A DNA stretch of 64,000 nucleotides from the human T2T-CHM13v2.0 reference genome, Homo sapiens, in the NCBI RefSeq assembly GCF_009914755.1, contig NC_060937.1; one strand, given 5' to 3'. The notes beneath the pieces were generated by a model. That model worked only from the letters and a program-made list of their open reading frames with translations. It ran no database searches and was not told where the DNA came from. Shown in pieces: positions 1-15,143 of this stretch (the stretch's first letter is position 1; each line of letters opens with the position of its first letter). The translations under genes and the position numbers were made by a program.

Positions 1-134
1 ATTGGTGATGTTTGAATGTTTTCCTGAAGTGTTGAAATATGTTTTCTGTGTCTTACTGAATAATCTACCTTGCTCCAGTGCTCGAGATCCCACTCCATAG
101 TCTACTAACTGGTTTCATGAGCTCCCAAAATCCT

Positions 135-283
135 TGTGCCTCAAGTATTCGGGGATCAGCAGCATCAGTGCTGTCTGGGGAGCTTCTTAGAAATGCAGAA
201 TCCCAGGCCCCTCCTGAGGCCCTCTGCATCCGAATCTGCATTTTAAACAGATCCCCAGGAGTGAAGTGTGAGACACTGTTCTA
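135..283. mobile_element. MER5A/MER5B-like hAT-Charlie DNA transposon fossil
   Basis: Motifs CAGCAGCATCAG..TTAGAAATGCAGAATCCCAGGCCCC..AATCTGCATTTTAAACAGATCCCCAGG resemble the MER5 consensus. Confidence 0.7.
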
Positions 284-491
284 AGATACTTGTACTTAAT
301 GAATGCCTGGAAAGGCTGGCTTATCTTGTGATGCATGTGGAACAAACATGCTAAATTCAGCCATGGAACAGATCTTCCCTGCAGGCCAACTGGGCATGCT
401 TGCTTTCTAAGGATGGAGGGAAAAGCCAGCAACGCAGCTCAGACATAAGCCTGGCAGTGGCTGGGAGCCTGGGGCGCAGGGTGCATCTTCA

Positions 492-672
492 TAGCTGTGT
501 GATCTCAGGTAAGTTATAAATGGTTTAGTCTGCCCTTTCTCCTCGGTATAATGGAGACCATATTCCTTATTTCATAGGGATGATCTGAGGTTTAAATAAT
601 CTCATGTTTATAAAGCACTGAGCAGTGCCCAGCATGTCGTAACTGCTCAGTGAATGTCAGCGATTGTTATTA
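492..672 (+). mobile_element. MIR SINE fragment
   Basis: AGCTGTGTGATCTCAGGTAAGTTA core and MIR-type 3' end (AAAGCACTGAGCAGTGCCCAGCA..GCTCAGTGAATGTCAGC). Confidence 0.7.
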
Positions 673-2850
673 ACTATCAAAAAATGCTAAGTTTTATGAA
701 GCAGCGTTGGGAGCAAGGGTTAATTTGGGACAGCTAATACTTTTAATACTAATACTTAACATTTAAAACTAATATTAAAAGTCATATAGAACTTTTTCCT
801 CCTAACTTCAGCTACAAAATAAGTAACCAATTTCAGCTGCTGGTTCCAAGTACAGAAAGTGATAAGACATTTTAGGTTGACCACCTCTATGTTAAGCTTA
901 GAGCAACCACACACCATGCACCGCACATTGCTATCTTATTCTTTTACCCAAATGAAGAAAAAGAAGTAACCAAAAGCCCAACAGCCCCAAACTTCCTACT
1001 GCTCTTTTAAAAAAAATATTTCTCTTTAATACAGGCTGAGGCTTCAATATGCTTTGTTTGCAAAGAGACTATATAAACAAAGAGCTTTCACCTTTAAAAT
1101 GATTTGTCCAGTTCAGTTTTACAGCGTTCTACAGACAGCAACACAACAAAGAGTTATGCACTTTACTGTACTATTTGAAGGAAATGAAATAAAACTACTA
1201 CCAAACATAGCGTGGACCTTTTTCAACTCCTTGAATAAATATTTGTAAAGCAAGCCTTGGTGGCATGAAGACCATGGGTGATAGAGGATTAATCCGTGAT
1301 AACACGTTTCTTAAAGATGGATCTCCTGACAATTAGAGGTCAAATTCTTATTCTGGGACTGAGCCAGAATGAGTAAAACACCTTTGGTCGTTAAATACTC
1401 TCTCATGCAAGGAAATACGTTCTCTTGGGGCATTATTTAACACCAGTGAAAGGAAACAACTCCGTTGCCATTCATAAAAATATTATGTTTACCTTGTATG
1501 AATAACCTCTAAAATCTTTGACTTCTCTAAAGCAGGTGAAGAATCATCCTAAATTATCTTAACCTCAGAAAGCATGAGAATCCTCATCACGCCGGTGGCC
1601 ATTCTCCTTCTTAGATATTTTCCTGCTTCAAGTGGTCATGAGAATCTGACGTTTTCATTGTGAAGCGAATCCCAGGACACTACCGAGTAGACCTGCTAAG
1701 TATGGTATGATGAGTAGACTCCCCTGACGTTCGATGCTGTCCAGTCTACAGCTTTCCTGGGGTCAGTGAGTGAACGAGGGCAGGTCTGTTACTGTGTAGA
1801 TGTGATTCAGAAACTGTATTCCAGGTTAATGAGCCTGGTCCTGTAATTCACCTGTGTGGAACGTGTGACTGGCAGAATTGATAAATGCACACACTTCTAG
1901 AAACACTTAGGTGTAGTTTATGTGCATAAAATCTGTTGCAGAATTTGTTGCAGTTAGAAAGCTTATTATCAAGCTGATTAATAACATAACTAATTATACT
2001 CAGCTCCTAATTATTTGTACTTTTATTTGTAACTTTTAACTTGTTAGTAGGCCTACACAAATTCATGAATGGGCACTTTCCCTTTATTAATTTTCTGTGA
2101 TCATTACTTCCTGATTATTTCTAATCTTTTTAGTTTCCTGTGCTTCCAGGCTAATAATTCAAACTCACCTGCATAGAGCAACATTCCAGTTCCTTCAAAT
2201 CCTATGAATCACTTGCACCCCCCACCACCCCAAAAGATGGCTTACATCCAATTTCTTCTAAACCCATAGCTTGATTTTCATTAGTGTTGTACAAATTTCT
2301 CCTAACTTGCAGACCCAAGAGCCAATGTTTAATTCCTGAGGAAGGCATCTGCTATTCCTTCATCCCTCTTCCCTTGGAGTGACTATTTTCAAAATCAGTT
2401 TGTGATCTTCATTGTCACAAGCTTAGAAATATTTAGAAATAACTTTCTAAAACATTTGCTCAAGCTTCATGAAAACAAGCGAGGGAAGCCTGCAGCACGC
2501 AGGCTGTCTTTTCTCACAGCCAAGCCCAACACGGAACGGTGCTGATAGCTCCTGCGTTTCTTCAGGACGTTTGCCCTGCTGGAAGGTCCTGATTGTTGTC
2601 TAACTGGCAACTTGGTCTGAAGAACCTGGAAGAATGGATGTTTTGTGACTATCACTCACCTGCAAAAATTTTGGCTTTGGGGATTTATAATGAAGGCCAT
2701 GACTTGGGGAAAGTGGCTATTTTATTTTTAGACTACCTAGTTACAAAACAGAACAACATCGGTTACTTTGATGGTTCAGTTGCCATCTCAGTAATAATGC
2801 TGTGCGAATATAATTCTCCCAGAGTTTCTCTAGCACGGCAGGCCTCTTGC

Positions 2851-3745
2851 TTTTTTTTTTCATTGTGGTAAAAATATGTAACATCAAATTTATCATTTTA
2901 ACTATTTTAAGTATGCAGTTCAGTGGCATTAAGTATATTCACATTGTGGTGCAACCATCACCACCATCTACCCACAGAACTCTTTTTAACGTTGCAAAAC
3001 TGAAACCTGTTCCATTAAACACAGTGCCCTTTCTTCCTCTTCTCCAGCCCCTGCTGACCACCATTTTACTTTCTGTTTCTACAATTTTTGACTACCCTGA
3101 GTACTTCATAGGAGTGGAATCATGCAGTATCTGTCTTTTTTGTGTCTGGCTGATTTGACTTAGTATGTTCTCAAGGTTCATGCATGTAATACCATGTGTC
3201 AGAATTTCCTTCCTTTTTAAGGCTGAATAATGTTCCACTGCATGGATATGCCACATTTTATTTATCCACTCATCAGCCAATGGGCACTTGAGTTACTTTT
3301 AGGTTTATGTGAATAATGCTGTTATGCACATACATGGGTATAGAAATATCTGTTCAAGTTCCTGCTTTCACTTGTTTTGGGTATATACCCAGAGGTGCAA
3401 TTGTTGGATCATATGGTAATTCTGTGTTTAGTTTTCTGAGGAATCATTATACTTTTTCCACAGAGGCCTCACCATTTTATATTCTCACCAGCAATGCACA
3501 AGGGTTCCAGTTTCTCCATGGCCTCACCAACACTTGTTATTTTCTGCTTTTTTTTTTTTTAAAAAAAGAATAACTGTCCTAATGAGTGTGAAGTGGCATC
3601 TCATTGTGATTTTGACTTGCATCTCCCTAATGACCAGTGACATTGAACATCCTTTTATGTGTTATCAGCCAGTTGTATATCTTCTTTGGAAAAATGTCCT
3701 TTGCCCATTTCGTAATTGAGATGTTAGATTTTTTTGTTAGTTGTT
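2851..3745 (-). mobile_element. L1MB-type LINE-1 3' fragment, 5'-truncated
   Basis: Poly-T followed by L1MB 3'UTR; ORF2 C-terminal remnant (DEWINKMWHIH..HYSALKRKEIL); candidate TSD AGGCCTCTTGCTTTT / AGGCCCTTTGCTTTT. Confidence 0.9.
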
Positions 3746-6139
3746 AGGCCCTTTGCTTTTGTAAACGTGAGTGAAGCAATTCCATCAGTCAGTCAAGCAA
3801 CACTTTCAGACTTTTAGGTGTGAGGCATTGTGCTAAGCTTGTGCCAAATTCTGCTCAGATGGCAGCCTCCAGGTAACGGGACTTGATATTTTCTTGTAGA
3901 GTAACTCTCTGGGATTACCCAAAGGATTTTAAAGGGTCTGAAAACCAGACTGTGGGAAGCAAAAGAGTAAATGTGTCCCCAGGCTAATCAGCAGGGAAGA
4001 CTGATCAGAAAACCCCCTCCTCCCCGGGAGCCACGGCCCACTAAGGTCCTAACTTCTGTCTTTAGATAGAATCTCATTACTAGTAGGAAAGTAGCACCCC
4101 TGGAACAAAACATACTTTGGCACTTATGGCTCTTCCAGATGAAAGCTTACAAGTTTTTTAAAACATTTCTTTGAAACTGGGAACTCAACATGATTTAGGC
4201 TCGTGAAAAGCCATCGTTAACGTGCACTCTTCTTCCACCACTACATGGACCTTTACTCCACACGCTCTCTAAACACAGATAATTACCATGGTAACCGCAG
4301 TGTTTCATGACTCTCATGCATACACTTGCACCTTTCTTAAAGAAACACAGAACACAAAACCTAGAATTAAAACAGTAAATCATTGGAATGTTTTTTATTT
4401 GTTGTTGCATAGTTGTCAGAATTTAGAGAAGAGCTGGACCTTGTCATCCGCTATCAATTGTACTTGAAAAAAGTAGACATTTGGCCAGGCCCTTTGACAT
4501 CCTGCCAGAAAATAGGGTCTTGTTTGTAACATCGTGTAAGGAATGACCGATGGGTTTCTAGATTGTTAGGGTCAGAAGATGCTCGAAGCAGAAAATGTCA
4601 TTAAGAACACGCAGTACTGAATAGTATAGATTTTCACATGACACATTCCCTGGGCCATCTATCTGCAGTGAAGTTACAGTTATGATTACCCTAATGTTGA
4701 TAAAAATTTGGGCAAACATGCTTTTTTGGGTAGCATCTAATTTTATCTTTGGTTGTATTTGGAAACATGCACAACAATTTTGTTGGGCCTTCAAAAGTCT
4801 TTCATTTTTTTGGCTATGCAAACAAGCCTTTTATTGCCCTGTGAATACTTGATGAGTGGTCAGCAGAATGAAACCCACATGGTGCTTTCACCAAGAGTCA
4901 TCTTCAGGCTGCTTTTGACTAACAGCAGCATCTGGGCCCTTGGAGACACAGCAGAGCCAAAGATCCACAGGCTGAAGATAAAGCATTTTTAAATGCTCTT
5001 AGCAAGCCACCTTTCCTCGGTTTTGAATATTTCACTGCGTTTTGTGCATGTGTGAAAAGAAATATCTTTCTGTAATTCCACATGCAGCAAGGATGAGCCC
5101 TTTCTGCCAATGGAATGTAGCTCTGATTTCTCTATCATTAGCCGCTCTGTCTCTGAGATACTAATGTTTTGATGAGACAGAAGAAAGGACTCTCTTCTGC
5201 TTGATTGTTTTCTTTTAAATTAAATGTAGTAATAAATCTAACTCAACCAAAATAACTGCTGACCATTTCATATTAACATAGCAGTGAAGATGAACTTGGG
5301 CAGTGCATGATGAATGTCTCTCTGTGCTTAGATTGGAATGCCTCCAAACCCTTAAACTCCCACACCAATTTGGAAAAGCCTACCTGAGGTTTTTATATCC
5401 TTAGCCTGAAAATTCATTTCTCATGTATAAGATAGAGCCCTAAGTTTCAAGGACGACTGTGCTATACTGCAGAAAGTACACAGAGATAATGTTGGAATGA
5501 GAAACTATTTTTTTTTAACCCAGTGAATATATTTTTGCCTTCCACATCTACCATGTGTGTGCCTTTCTATGTTTTCTATAATTTAATTAGAATTCTGTAA
5601 GACTCAAGTCTATGAAGTAAATAAATCAACTGGCAATCTACTTATTTACCACGGACCTCCTGTGTGGGGGATTAAGAACAGCTATGACATCATTCTCACC
5701 CTTCTCCTGCTGTCTTGTCAACAAAGCTGGTGCATGACATGACAAAATAAGGCAGCCTTCTTCTGAGCCTGGACTGCCAACTGAATACTCTGCTTTCCTG
5801 TGCACAAGCTGGAGTAGTCCTGGAATGCTGGGGGGAGGAGGTGAGACCTGAACAGGTGCATGAGAAATGGATAGAATTTGGAAGAAGACCAAGTGATGAC
5901 ATGATGAGAATTCAATGTGTTGATCAGCCTCTGTTTGAAAGAATCATTACTTGTTTCATTTCTGTGTTTGAAAAGCCCCAAATGGTGTATGATGTAGAGA
6001 TCCTGTACTCACAGAACAAATAGTTTAGTCAGGAGTAAAGAGGGATGTCCAGGTCTTGACAAAGGCCTGATCCCATACCCCTTCAAACTTGGGGGGTGGG
6101 GTCAGGTCTTCTTTAAGTCTTACATTTGCCATGAACTCA

Positions 6140-6517
6140 TCTGCCACAGGGAGCTTTCCTGTGCTCTGTCCCTAGCCTGGAGAACCTGTTCCTGTTTACT
6201 AGGTCATTCCTTCCCGTCCTTCGGATCTCAGCGCAAACACTGCTTCCTTAGGGGCACCTTCCCTGGTGTCTCTGGAAAGGTAAAAATCAACTACCCTCTT
6301 ATAGGCAATTATAATCCTTGGTACTATCCTTTGTAGCCACAGTCCACAACTTTATTTATGGGATTATTTAATTATCTATGCATCCCCTATTAGACTGTGA
6401 ACTTTAAAAGGGCAGAAACTATTGTCTGGCTTTGTTTAACCCTATATCTCTAGTCCCTAGCATCTGGTACCTAGTGCTTGGCATACAGTAGGAGCTCAAC
6501 AAATGCCTAATGAGTGA
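6140..6517 (+). mobile_element. L2 LINE 3' end
   Basis: TAGACTGTGAACT..AGGGCAG..CCTAGCA..TGGCATACAGTAGGAGCTCAACAAATG is the typical L2 3' terminus. Confidence 0.75.
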
Positions 6518-6822
6518 TATTGCTGAAGAAATCAGCTGACTCCTGGTGGATGCTCTTCCTGGGGGTTTAATGATTCTTGTACAGATTCCCTTCCCACACC
6601 TCCTTGGGATTACCTTTATTCAATCCTTATCGTCTTGTCCTAGCCTTTTGCTATGGACTCCTAAACGATTTTGTTATCTGCAGTTTTGCCCTTTTTATGT
6701 TCCTCTAGGCTAGAATGCCTTTGCCTCTGTATTTTATCTGAAAAAAATCATACTCATTCTTCAAGACCAACCCAAATAGTTCCCCCGATTAGGTCTTCTC
6801 CAGTCAACTCCTTCTATACTAT

Positions 6823-7619
6823 TGATAACGGAAGTGCTGAGTAGAGAAAGGCATGGTCCCTTTAAATGATACGGAAGGGGGGAAGGGAAGTGCTGGGTAG
6901 AGGAGGGCATGGTCCCTGGCTAGGGCTCCACCTCCTCGGACCTAGGAGAGGACAGGCATTTCCTGCTCAAATGTTGCATTTCCCAAGACCACCATGGCCT
7001 GTCACACTCCTATCCCATGCCTATAAAAATCCCCAAGACTCTCGCAGGCAGACACACAGGCAGCTGGATGTGGAGAGAAGCACATCAGCAGAGGAACACA
7101 TGGGTGGCTGGACGTTGACACTGACAAGCACCTGCACGCCAGCAGGCCACCAACTGGCAGAGTGATGGTTTGGTTTTGGTCGGAGAAGAGCCCAGGCCGT
7201 CGAGCAGCCCGACTCCAGGGGAAAACCATCTCCCTTTTGGCTCCCTCATCTGCTGAGAGCTACTTCCTCTCAATAAAACCTTGGGCTCATTCTCCAAGCC
7301 CACGTGTGATCCAATTCTTCTGGTATACCAAGGCAAGAACCCTGGGATACAGAAAGCCCTCTGTTCTTGGGATAAGGCAGGGGCTAATTGAGCTGGTAAA
7401 CACAAGCTGCCTATGGATGGCTAAACCTAAAGAGCACCCCGTAACACACGCCCACTGGGGGTCAGAAGCTGTAAACATTCACCCCTAGACACTGCTGTGG
7501 GGTCAAAGCCCCACAGCTTGCCCATCTCCCCTAGAGGTTTGAGCAGTGGGGCACTGAAGAAGAGAACCACACCCCCATCACATGTCCTGTGAGGAGGACA
7601 AAGGAACTTTGCTGTTTCA
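6823..7619 (+). mobile_element. ERV1 solo LTR of the LTR27/LTR1/LTR28 group, inserted in an L2 fragment
   Basis: TG...CA termini; 4-bp TSD CTAT/CCAT; TATA-like CTATAAAAA at 7021; AATAAA at 7272; start TGATAACGGAAGTGCTG..GGTCCCTTTAAATGATACGG resembles LTR27. Confidence 0.85.
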
Positions 7620-7899
7620 CCATCAATTGCCAGGTAGATAGCTCTACCTTTTGCTCTTCTAACAATGTACTGTAACTACATGTTTACATGTCTATTTGCC
7701 TTAATGGACTGAATTCCTGGAGGACATGGGTCATGCTATTTATGTAATTATTTCCATCTTGTCTATATCTGACCAGTGCAGAACGCAGTCCACATACAGT
7801 GCTTCAATCCATGGGGTGGAGAATGCATTCCCTTTTTAGCCTGACATGTCATGTTGCTCTTTCAGTAAAACAAAAACATACACGGGAGAAACCACACTA

Positions 7900-8750
7900 T
7901 GTTGCCTTTACATGAGCTGCAGTTGCTGTTATGAGGGCTTCCTCCTCCTGGTAGAGTTTGTTTTTTGAACCTGATGGAAGCACTTTATGATGATCCCTTA
8001 GTGTGTTTGATACTGTTTTTGGTTTGTTTGCTCCAGTCTATTGAGATCTTCTAAATCTTGATCTTGTTATAAAACATATTATATGGGATTATCCATTGAC
8101 TTGTGTGTTTTCATTTTAAAGAGAAATGTCAGGCCCATGAATTAAAACTCTAGCATATCATTGGAAACTCCAGTTGATCTTACTTTCGTAATTAAAACTC
8201 TTTGGCAGTTCAATCAGTAAGAAATCTACAAAGCTGAATTATTAACTTTTTAATTTTTTAATTCACACCCAGAAGTAAAATACTCGAGGAGACTTTGTTG
8301 AAAAGCTGATTGAAATTAAGGTGTCAGTATTTGTAGCATTCTGCTACTCCACACCTTATTCCTCCAACCAAAGGTCACAGTGGGTTAATTTCTCCAGCCT
8401 GCTGGTGGTGACCCCATGCTGGCTCCCAGGCCTTGCTGCTTCCTTTTGAAGGTGTTTACCACCCTACATTTAATAATTTATTAGAGAATTTTTTCTAGAG
8501 ATTGACATAAACTCTTTAATATTACTCTTTTCCCTGTTTTCAATCTTTCATTACCTCTCCTGTTCTCTCCAAAATTGAAATACAATGATTGTGATCATAT
8601 TTGCGAATCCTTTTAGTACTTTGAATGTTGTTCAGTGGGCCCTGGAGACTTGACTTTTTAAGATCAGCAGGTAATATTTCTTACTATTGTTATTTATTTT
8701 GACTTTCAATCCATTGAAGCATTTTGTCTTTTCAATTTTACGACCCACCG
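7900..8750 (-). mobile_element. Degraded L3/CR1 LINE fragment
   Basis: GAGACTTTGTTGAAAAGCTGATTGAAATTAAG and TTGAGATCTTCTAAATCTTGAT resemble the antisense CR1/L3 RT region; boundaries approximate. Confidence 0.45.
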
Positions 8751-8809
8751 CAAATGTTCAGAAACATATCTGTCTTACTCATCATTTCTATAGTACTGAC
8801 ACATAATGA

Positions 8810-9050
8810 GCTCTTAACAAACATTTATTTGTTCATGTAATTATTATTTCACTTAATCCAGTAAGTGAAATAGACACGTAAACAAGTAATTGCAGTACAC
8901 TGTGATAGGAGCGAAAAGTAGAGCTGTCTACCTGGCACAGTTGATGGTACAGGAGGAGCTGACTGGAGAAGTCTTAATGGAGGGAACTCTTTGGGTTGGA
9001 TTTTGAAGAATGAGTATCATTTTTTCAAAATAAAATGCAGGTAGCAAAGG
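8810..9050 (-). mobile_element. L2 fragment
   Basis: AACAAACATTTATTG..TAAACAAGTAATTGCAGTACACTGTGATAG..TTTTGAAGAATGAGTA is an antisense L2 pattern. Confidence 0.6.
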
Positions 9051-9366
9051 CGCTTCATTGCTGGATGCTATAACCTTCGGTGTACAGTGACAAGATTGGA
9101 TTCGCATTGTTGAGGCTTACTCCGGCTGCATGAGCAGCTGTTTTCACGAAAAAGGGCAAAACTGCAGACAGCAATGAGATGAATGAAAGTTCAATCAAAC
9201 GTGGACTCTGCCTACCAGATTTGTAACCCAGTGAAAACTGTTTCAGCTGTGGGTCACCTTCTAATTTTGTAGATATTCCCATTGCCTTAAACATGCTCTA
9301 TTTTATTTTATTCTGTATTTTTTCATTTTTACTTGTTTTCAAGTAAATTGGTTCACATAAAAATCT

Positions 9367-9998
9367 TTTTTTTTCAACTTTTATTTTAGATTCGGGGGTG
9401 CATGTGCAGGTCTGTTACCTGGGTATATTGTGTGATACTGAGGTTTGAGGTACGAATGATCCTGTCACCTAGGTACTGAGCACTGTACCCAACAGTAAGT
9501 TTTTCAACCTTTCCCCTTCTCCCTCCCCCTCCTCTCTAATAGTCCCCAGTTTCTGTTGTTGCCATCCTTATGTCCATGAGTACCAATGTTTAGCTCTCAC
9601 CTGTAAGTGAGAACATCAGGCATTTGGTTTCTGTCTAGCTCCATCCATGTTGCTGCAAAGGACATTATTTCATTATTTTTTATGGCTGTGTGGTATTCCA
9701 TGATGTATATTTACCACATTTTCTTTTTCCAATCCACTGTTGATGGGCACCTAGTTGAGTCCATGTTTTTGCTATTGTGAATAGTGCTGCAATGAACATG
9801 TAAGTGCATGTGTCTTTTTGGTAGAATAATTAATTTATTTTCTTTTGGAAATGTACCCAGTAATGAGATTCCTGAGTCAAACGGTAGTTCTAAGTTCTTT
9901 GAGAAATCTGCAAACTGCTTTCTGCAGTGCCTGGCCTAATTTACATTCCCACTAACGGTGTGTAAGTGTTCCCTTTTCTCCACAGCCTCACCAGCATC
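9367..9998 (-). mobile_element. L1PA15/16-type 3' fragment with TSD
   Basis: TTTTCAACTTTTATTTTAGATTCGGGGGT.. 3' end; TSD CACATAAAAATCT (9354) / CACATAAAAAAATCT (9999); internal deletion near 9634. Confidence 0.9.
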
Positions 9999-10940
9999 CA
10001 CATAAAAAAATCTCAAAAATATCTCAGAATGCATATTTTACTTCTAAACCCAGTTTATTTTCATTAACAATATCAAATGCTTATTTCGAGTAACAATATC
10101 CTCATTAAATATACTTTCAAGATTTAAATCATGTTTTCCCTTACTTGACCTGTGATGAAAAACTTACCAAATGGATTATAATATGCTTCTCGTGATATGC
10201 CTCTAAGCCACTGGCAGTCAAGAGAAAAGTGTTTCATATCATCATAAAATCAGATGCTCAAATTAACAGTCTCATCCCTCCCTTAAATGAATGGTAAAAG
10301 GATTGGTTTTCATAGATCAAGAATGTCACTTCAATTCAAAGTAATTTATAATGATAATTTAAAAAAATTAGTACCTGCATTCTCAAACCACCGGCAAAAT
10401 GGAAAACACAGGCATTACAGGTTGACATTCAGGAGAACCTATACTTAGACGACCTAAAGATTTGCATCTGGAAGAAAATGACTGGAATAATCAGATGAAA
10501 TAAAAGGGAACTATAGATGTTTATTGTCATATTAAAGTTACACCTGTTGAGGATGTCTTTTGGTGGGGTGAGGTGAGGACTCACCCATGATGTGTCCTAT
10601 AAAATATTGATAGGGGAATATGTTTACTGTCTTTTCTTCCCTTAGTACCTTAAAAATAATTACTTTGCTTTCAACATGAACACTTTTCAAAAGACGACAT
10701 GCAAGCTGCCAGCAAACATGAAAAAATGCTCAGTATCACTAATCGACAGAAAAATGCAAATCAAAACCACAGTGAGATACCAACTTACACCTGTCAGAAT
10801 GCCTATTATTAAAAAGACAAAAAAAACACAGATATTGGTGAAGATGCAGAGAAAAGGGAATGCTTGTACACTGTGGGAATGTAAATTAGTACAGCCTTCG
10901 TGAAAAACATGGAGATTTTTCAAAGAACTAAAAATAGAAC

Positions 10941-11859
<919 letters not shown>

Positions 11860-14819
11860 GAACTACCATTCAGTCCAGCAGTCTCACAACTGGGTATCTA
11901 CCCAAAGGAAAATAAACCATTATATCAAAAAGATACCTGTACATGTATGTTTATTGCAGTAAAATTCACAATTGAAAAGATGTTGAATCAGTGTAAGTGT
12001 CCATCAGTGGATGATTGGATAAAGAAAATGGGGTACTTATACCCATGGACTACTACTCAGCTATAAAAAAGAAAGAAATCATGTTGCTGCTACAGAACTG
12101 GAGACATTATCCTAAGTGAGATAACCCAGAAACAGAAAGTCAAATACTATATGTTCTCACTTATAAGTGAGAACTAAATGATGAGCACACATACACAGTG
12201 GAAAAATAGACATGGGAGACTCCAGAAGTGGGGAGGTTGAGAGGAGGGAAAGGGTTGAAAAATTATCTATGGGGTACGATGTTCACTATTCGGGTGACGG
12301 GTATGCTAAAGGCCCAGACTTCACCACTATGTAATATACCCATATAAGTAAACTGCACCTGTACCCCAAAAATCTATATAAAAAAATAGTGTTGCAAATA
12401 AACAAACACAAGAAAAAATAATCCCTTTGCTTACAAAGTATTGACTCTATTGCCCTGGCGAATGGGTGAAGAGCTGTGCAACAGACAAAGTGAGTGATGA
12501 TGCTGGCGCCATATTGAAACGGGACTGGAGAGAGTCAGGTTGTGGGGATGGAAAGAATAAAGGGAGAATACACTGCAGATAGTCTGAATTTTACATTAAA
12601 ATAAGAGAGTGGGAGGGAAAGGAAGTCAGGAAGAAGAAAGAAAACAAATTAGGAGGAATGGCCCACGTTAAAGGCGGCTCTAGGCACTAGTGGCTGAGTA
12701 AGTCAGTGGTTGACCATTTGCATAGAAGACATGTCACCTTGTCTTGCAGCCACTCCCAGAGATCAACTTTCATTTATGACACGTCAGAAGTGGGGAGGCC
12801 AGGGAGTAACTCGAAGGGTCAGGGAAAGCAGCCAATGTTCCTAGTTGACGTGGAGGTTTAGCTGGGCAGAAGCTAAACTAAGGGGGTGTTGGAGAGGACG
12901 GCTTCCTTTAGCCCAAGCCGGACAGGACCCATAGATAAACTGGCTTCTAAATGGCAGGGGTAAAGGGCTTGGTTGGGATTGACATGACACAGCTGCACCG
13001 AATCCTCCGGTCCCCAGCACGTGTGGTTTCTGAGGTCTTGCTTTTCCCAGAGGGCCTGGCCTGGTGGTAGCATTCTTTCTACTTCAGCACCTCAACCTTC
13101 TACAATGGCAGGAGGCCGTGGGCCCACCTCCCACTCGCCTGGAGCTGGCATGGGCTAGGAATCCGGAATCTAAAACTGCCACTAGTCTGTTTACAATTCA
13201 GTCCTTTTAGGTTCAAATCCATTTCTGAACCTTGAAGAACTGGCTCTTTTAGAAGCATTCCTTCTGGTGCAGGAAGGAAAAAAACATAAACGCAATTAAA
13301 AAGATATTAATCTACTATTTATTCCTCTTTTTGTATTGTAATATTAATGTAATTTTTATCAATTATTACTTTTTACTGCTTTGATCAGAAGACTGTGTCC
13401 ACTGTCTGCATATTATCTGGGGACAGTGTTATTGTGTGTTTCCTGTTTTGGCACGTGGAGGATAGAAATATTAAAAAATGACCTGCTCTGCCTGTTAAAC
13501 ACGCTTGGTTCTCTCCTGGCTCTGGTGGAGATAACATCTTGAGCAAAGGCTTAGGGTGAGGACTGTTCCGAGGGTCTGACTGATTGATTTGTTAATCATT
13601 TCTTCCTTTTGTGAATTGTCAACAGTGTTAGTGCTGGAGACAGAATGGCACACAAGGTGAAAAATCTGGTTTTGGTCGCAGTAAATTCCAGAAGCCGGGG
13701 GCAGAAAATGCAGCAGAGTTGTGGTTACCCTACTGGTCTCCTCTCTGCTTTGGTGGAAATCAAAGCACAGTAGGCCTAGAAGGTTGACAATCCTGCCCAG
13801 GCGGTCCCTTCCCAGCCTTTATCTCTAACCATTTCCCAGCCTGCTTTTTGCTTTTCCCAGCTCCCCACAGGGCAGACTTTCAGGATTAGTGTGAAACCCC
13901 TGAGAAGGAGCAATTGAATTGGAGCAAATAAAACTAAAGTGGAAGAAGTTGTGGCACATGCGAAAATCTGGAGAGGGCAAAGGAAGTTACAAATTGTTGA
14001 TTTAATAAGCCCAAGAAAAGTTACACATCCTAAAAACATATAAATTGCAATAACATAAAATGGAGTTTCCTTGCATGCAATTTCAGGTAATTCAGGAAAA
14101 CAAAGAGATTTCAATTACTGTATGAGCAATTCAGCTTGCTTATTTAACAAGAAGAAGCTCTTACATTATTTTCTCTCCTGCAGACTCATCCACTTCTAAA
14201 AACAATCACGTGCTGTTTTTCTATTCAGCTCAAATGACTTGATTAATTAGAAATATATATCAAGAAAAGGAAATCACTTTGGTATCATTCATACTATGTA
14301 GTGAGCCCAATTAACTGATTCGTCAAAATAGCATCTTTTGTGTATGGAGCATAATTGTAGAAATCATCAGCTTAAATTTTTAAGATGACTGACAATAGTA
14401 CTAACATAGCAAATCTCTACTACAATAAAAAGCATTTTATGTTGTCACATTTTATACAGCATAGAGATTTATACTGTGATCAATAGCAGAACAAATGGAT
14501 CTTGGGGCTGTAGCAGGCAAAAAACCGATATTCATTCAGACACCACTCACAATATTCCGCCAGAATTTCCTTGATGCCCGTGTCAGGGGATCCTAGAGAA
14601 GTGTACCATTTGGTCTGAATAGTTTGAATGGACTCAGAGATATTTAAGTCCTATTATCCAACCTATGTGCATGTCAAATGTAATTGACAAAATCTTTATA
14701 TGTGGAATAGTGGTAAAATATCGAGAAGACACCAAAATGCTCTCTAGTGTGAAGACTCAGCCCTGTGACAGGAAGACTTCTGGACCCGACTCTGGACTCC
14801 AAGTCAGAAGTGGATTTGA

Positions 14820-15143
<324 letters not shown>

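Noticed and set aside
2161-2665. Minus-strand consensus donors (ACTCACCTG at about 2163 and 2654)
   Set aside because: No convincing matching acceptor or coding frame; such 9-mers occur by chance
6866-7488. Cluster of overlapping ~100-aa ORFs
   Set aside because: All lie within a GC-rich solo LTR with no gag/pol/env similarity
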